Source: Catajapyx aquilonaris
Taxonomy: Eukaryota
Length of the DNA: 33,559 nt
Direction: 5' to 3'
NCBI GenBank assembly: GCA_000934665.2
Contig: KZ539099.1
Location: forward strand, 1 to 33,559
A model generated the notes under the pieces. It was given only the letters and a program-made list of their open reading frames with translations, was not told the DNA's origin and ran no database searches. A program made the translations under genes and the position numbers. Shown piece after piece: positions 30,958-33,559 of the stretch (positions are counted from its first letter, which is position 1; each line of letters begins with the position of its first letter).

Positions 30958-33559
30958 CTAAGCTTACTGTTATAGTGATGAAGCATAAATTGCGTCGAAC
31001 AATAATAATTACTGCAATTCTTTTAAATGACATCCAAAATGGGGAACTGGAATTAAATCCGAGTCAATAAAGGCATACATAGGCTTCCTCCTATGATGTG
31101 GTCAACAAGAGCGGTTAGTTGACATGTTGGGGAATTGCAACGGACAGTCGACATGAACGCAAAGGCACCTGAATGTTATTTATATACAATTTTGCTGGGC
31201 ATAATATTGTATGTACAGCATAGTTAATATTTCAGAGACTCTCCTCATAACGAGTTTCCTGCGTAGGTTGGCCTAATAACACATGTGACGTGTTCAGCTT
31301 CTTTTAAAGGGGGGTACCTGTACAGTTTATAACTCCATGAGCCTAAAGTCCTGTAAAAAAAAGCGACCCACTAACTGACGTAAGTTATGAGAATATTATC
31401 AAGATGTGATATTAAAATAATTATTGCTGGCTTCAGGCAAACTCGAGTTTTTATATTTATTGTTTGAGACTAATTTTTGATATGAGTTCCAAAAGTGATT
31501 CATCAATAGCTGCAATATAAGTATGATCCAATAAATGTATTCTTTCAGCGAATTATTACCTATAGATTTAATATAACGCAATGATAGAATATGTTCAAAT
31601 AATTGTTATTAATTCCTGGCTTTTTTCCCCCCTTTATATTCTTTACCTGGTTCGTGCATGGTTACGAATAGAGAGCATCTTAATTAGCGAAATAATAATG
31701 ATGACCTTCCTGATGGTCACACCTGCAGCCCAGCATAGTTTGCAAGGCCGCACAATGTTTATAATAATAATTGCAATATAACATGAGGGCATAAATCAAA
31801 AACAAATATATGAGAATTTTGTGGGGACCATGTGCGTCACGCGTTATACGCATCGTTTTGTTTGGTGTTTGACGCTGGCAGAAGCCAAGCAGCACCTTAC
31901 GTGTGGTGTTTGCTTGCTTTGCTTGGACCAATACCGTGCAGGCTATATACGCATGCGATCCCAAGTATCGATCTATGGGTCCGCAATCGGGGGGTCCTGC
32001 TGTGTAATGACACCCGTTTCCGGTACATATATCTCGCTCACTCCCGCAGGGGCTTCATACCGCAATTGAAATGTCGCCAATGCTATGTCATTATCGATAA
32101 GTCATCAATATTACAATGGCCAGCCTCTATCGACTTTAAAACTGATTTACCTAAATAATTTATTGTTTAGCATATCATCTGCATCATCCCCCCATGGAGG
32201 CATAGTATATGGCCAAATAAAATCGGTATGTTAAATCAATAAAATAATATAAAATAAATCATACTCATCATTCAATCAGGCTCACTTTAATTTTTCTAAA
32301 TTATGACGGAAAATCTCACAAAATAAGCTGTCATACCGGTATGCTCATAATCGCAAGGAAGCTTCCGAATTGTAAATTATGGCTCGTAATTACAAGCTAT
32401 CTGGTGGCGCAACCATCACTTTAAAGAGGTGTCGCAAACTTTTTTGCAAAGAAGAAGAAAAAACAACTTCCAAATATTCTTTTGCAGGTATTTTAACTTC
32501 CAATGTGAATAACCCCATCGAGTTTAAGAGAACAGCATTCACGACAAGCGTGTGTGTGACCCTGATTGTATAGCTTCCAACACGGTTGCTTGAGGCAGAC
32601 AACCCATAACTCGTCCCCAGTCTTAAAACTGTTGAACTATGGACATTGCGTATCTCACACAAAAAAGTAGTGCTAAACTCCAGCCACTTTCAATTATAAT
32701 TAAAAAGTGGATATTACTTGAAGGGTCTGATAGTTTAAAAAAAACAGCCAAGTCCACTTGGCGGAAAAACTGTTTGTAAAACGAACAAAAACTGATGATT
32801 ACTTTACTTTAACTGGGCACAATCTTGAAACTTTTTTACGTCCAATGCCGTGCAGTGCAAATGCGCAATTATTAATAACAATAAATGACATTAAAGTACA
32901 TAATTGCTGCACGTATTTGTGTCAGACCCTCCAAAAGTGCGGATTATTTGGCTGTTTTTGATATGTGTACCTTTCACTTACAACTTGAGAGCACATATTT
33001 TATGAAAATTAAAGGCCAACCGATCTGATATAAAAATTTCATAAAATACATAACCAATATGTATTGGTTCTGTCCGATCGTGATGTCGATTGTCACTCCA
33101 CCACAAAACTGTGTAAAAATTCACTTGTTAGCTAATTTCAACTACAAAAAAAGGTGAGTACATTGGACTCATCAAATACAAGGCCAAAGTTCAATATCAA
33201 TCTGATTGCGATTATTCGATTTTAATATTGGTTATTGTCAATTTCTCGATAAGTTCAATCGACAACATCAAACTCTTGATTATATTTTCTTTTTTAGAGT
33301 CCACTGCTCCTGGTGGGCATCCCTTGGTACCGACCGAAGAATTTCCGTGGGAGAGCAGGTGTTGCCCTTGAATTGGGAAGAAGGCCGCTGCCAGTCGTTT
33401 ACAGGTGAAATTAGAGGGCACCTGAAGAGAAGAAGAGGGGGGACGACATGGTGGGGGTTTAGCCCTTGTGTTGTTTTTCCCACGAAAAGAAAAAAAAAAT
33501 GTAGGAATGCCGATTCCCTGGCCGCCTATATGCCAGGGCCTCCAGGTCGTTTCCCCCAT

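Noticed and set aside
32379..32662. Short ORFs and a TTTTGCAG acceptor-like site
   Set aside because: Stops in the candidate exon frames and no recognisable homology.

Overview
Eukaryotic genomic DNA from a draft assembly (N gaps at 2554, 18783, 24575-24588, 24969). It is probably an arthropod; this is inferred from protein similarity as I recall it and from the 54-67 nt minimal introns. Bases 1-10.4 kb are a dense cluster of spliced genes: the 3' end of Skp2 (+), two tandem SLC35G1/EamA-type transporter paralogues (+), nucleostemin/GNL3-family GTPase (-) and coatomer gamma-COP (-). Bases 12.8-27.2 kb hold one 5-exon ERK-type MAP kinase phosphatase (Mkp3/DUSP6-7, -) with 9.3 kb and 3.1 kb introns; its exons 2 and 4 are not in the supplied ORF track. 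All five complete gene models were spliced by hand at GT-AG sites and give in-frame totals. The Mkp3 introns and upstream region carry many non-autonomous DNA elements: fold-back MITEs, a Tc1/mariner-pogo-like MITE family and Helitron-like fragments. The most notable structures are a three-level nested insertion at 19.47-20.47 kb, an apparent empty-plus-filled Helitron site at 2.5-2.8 kb, a Cys-rich Mkp3 tail and an excess of CRE palindromes. I found no CRISPR array, RNA gene or clearly new multi-gene system; the findings are local and need checking.
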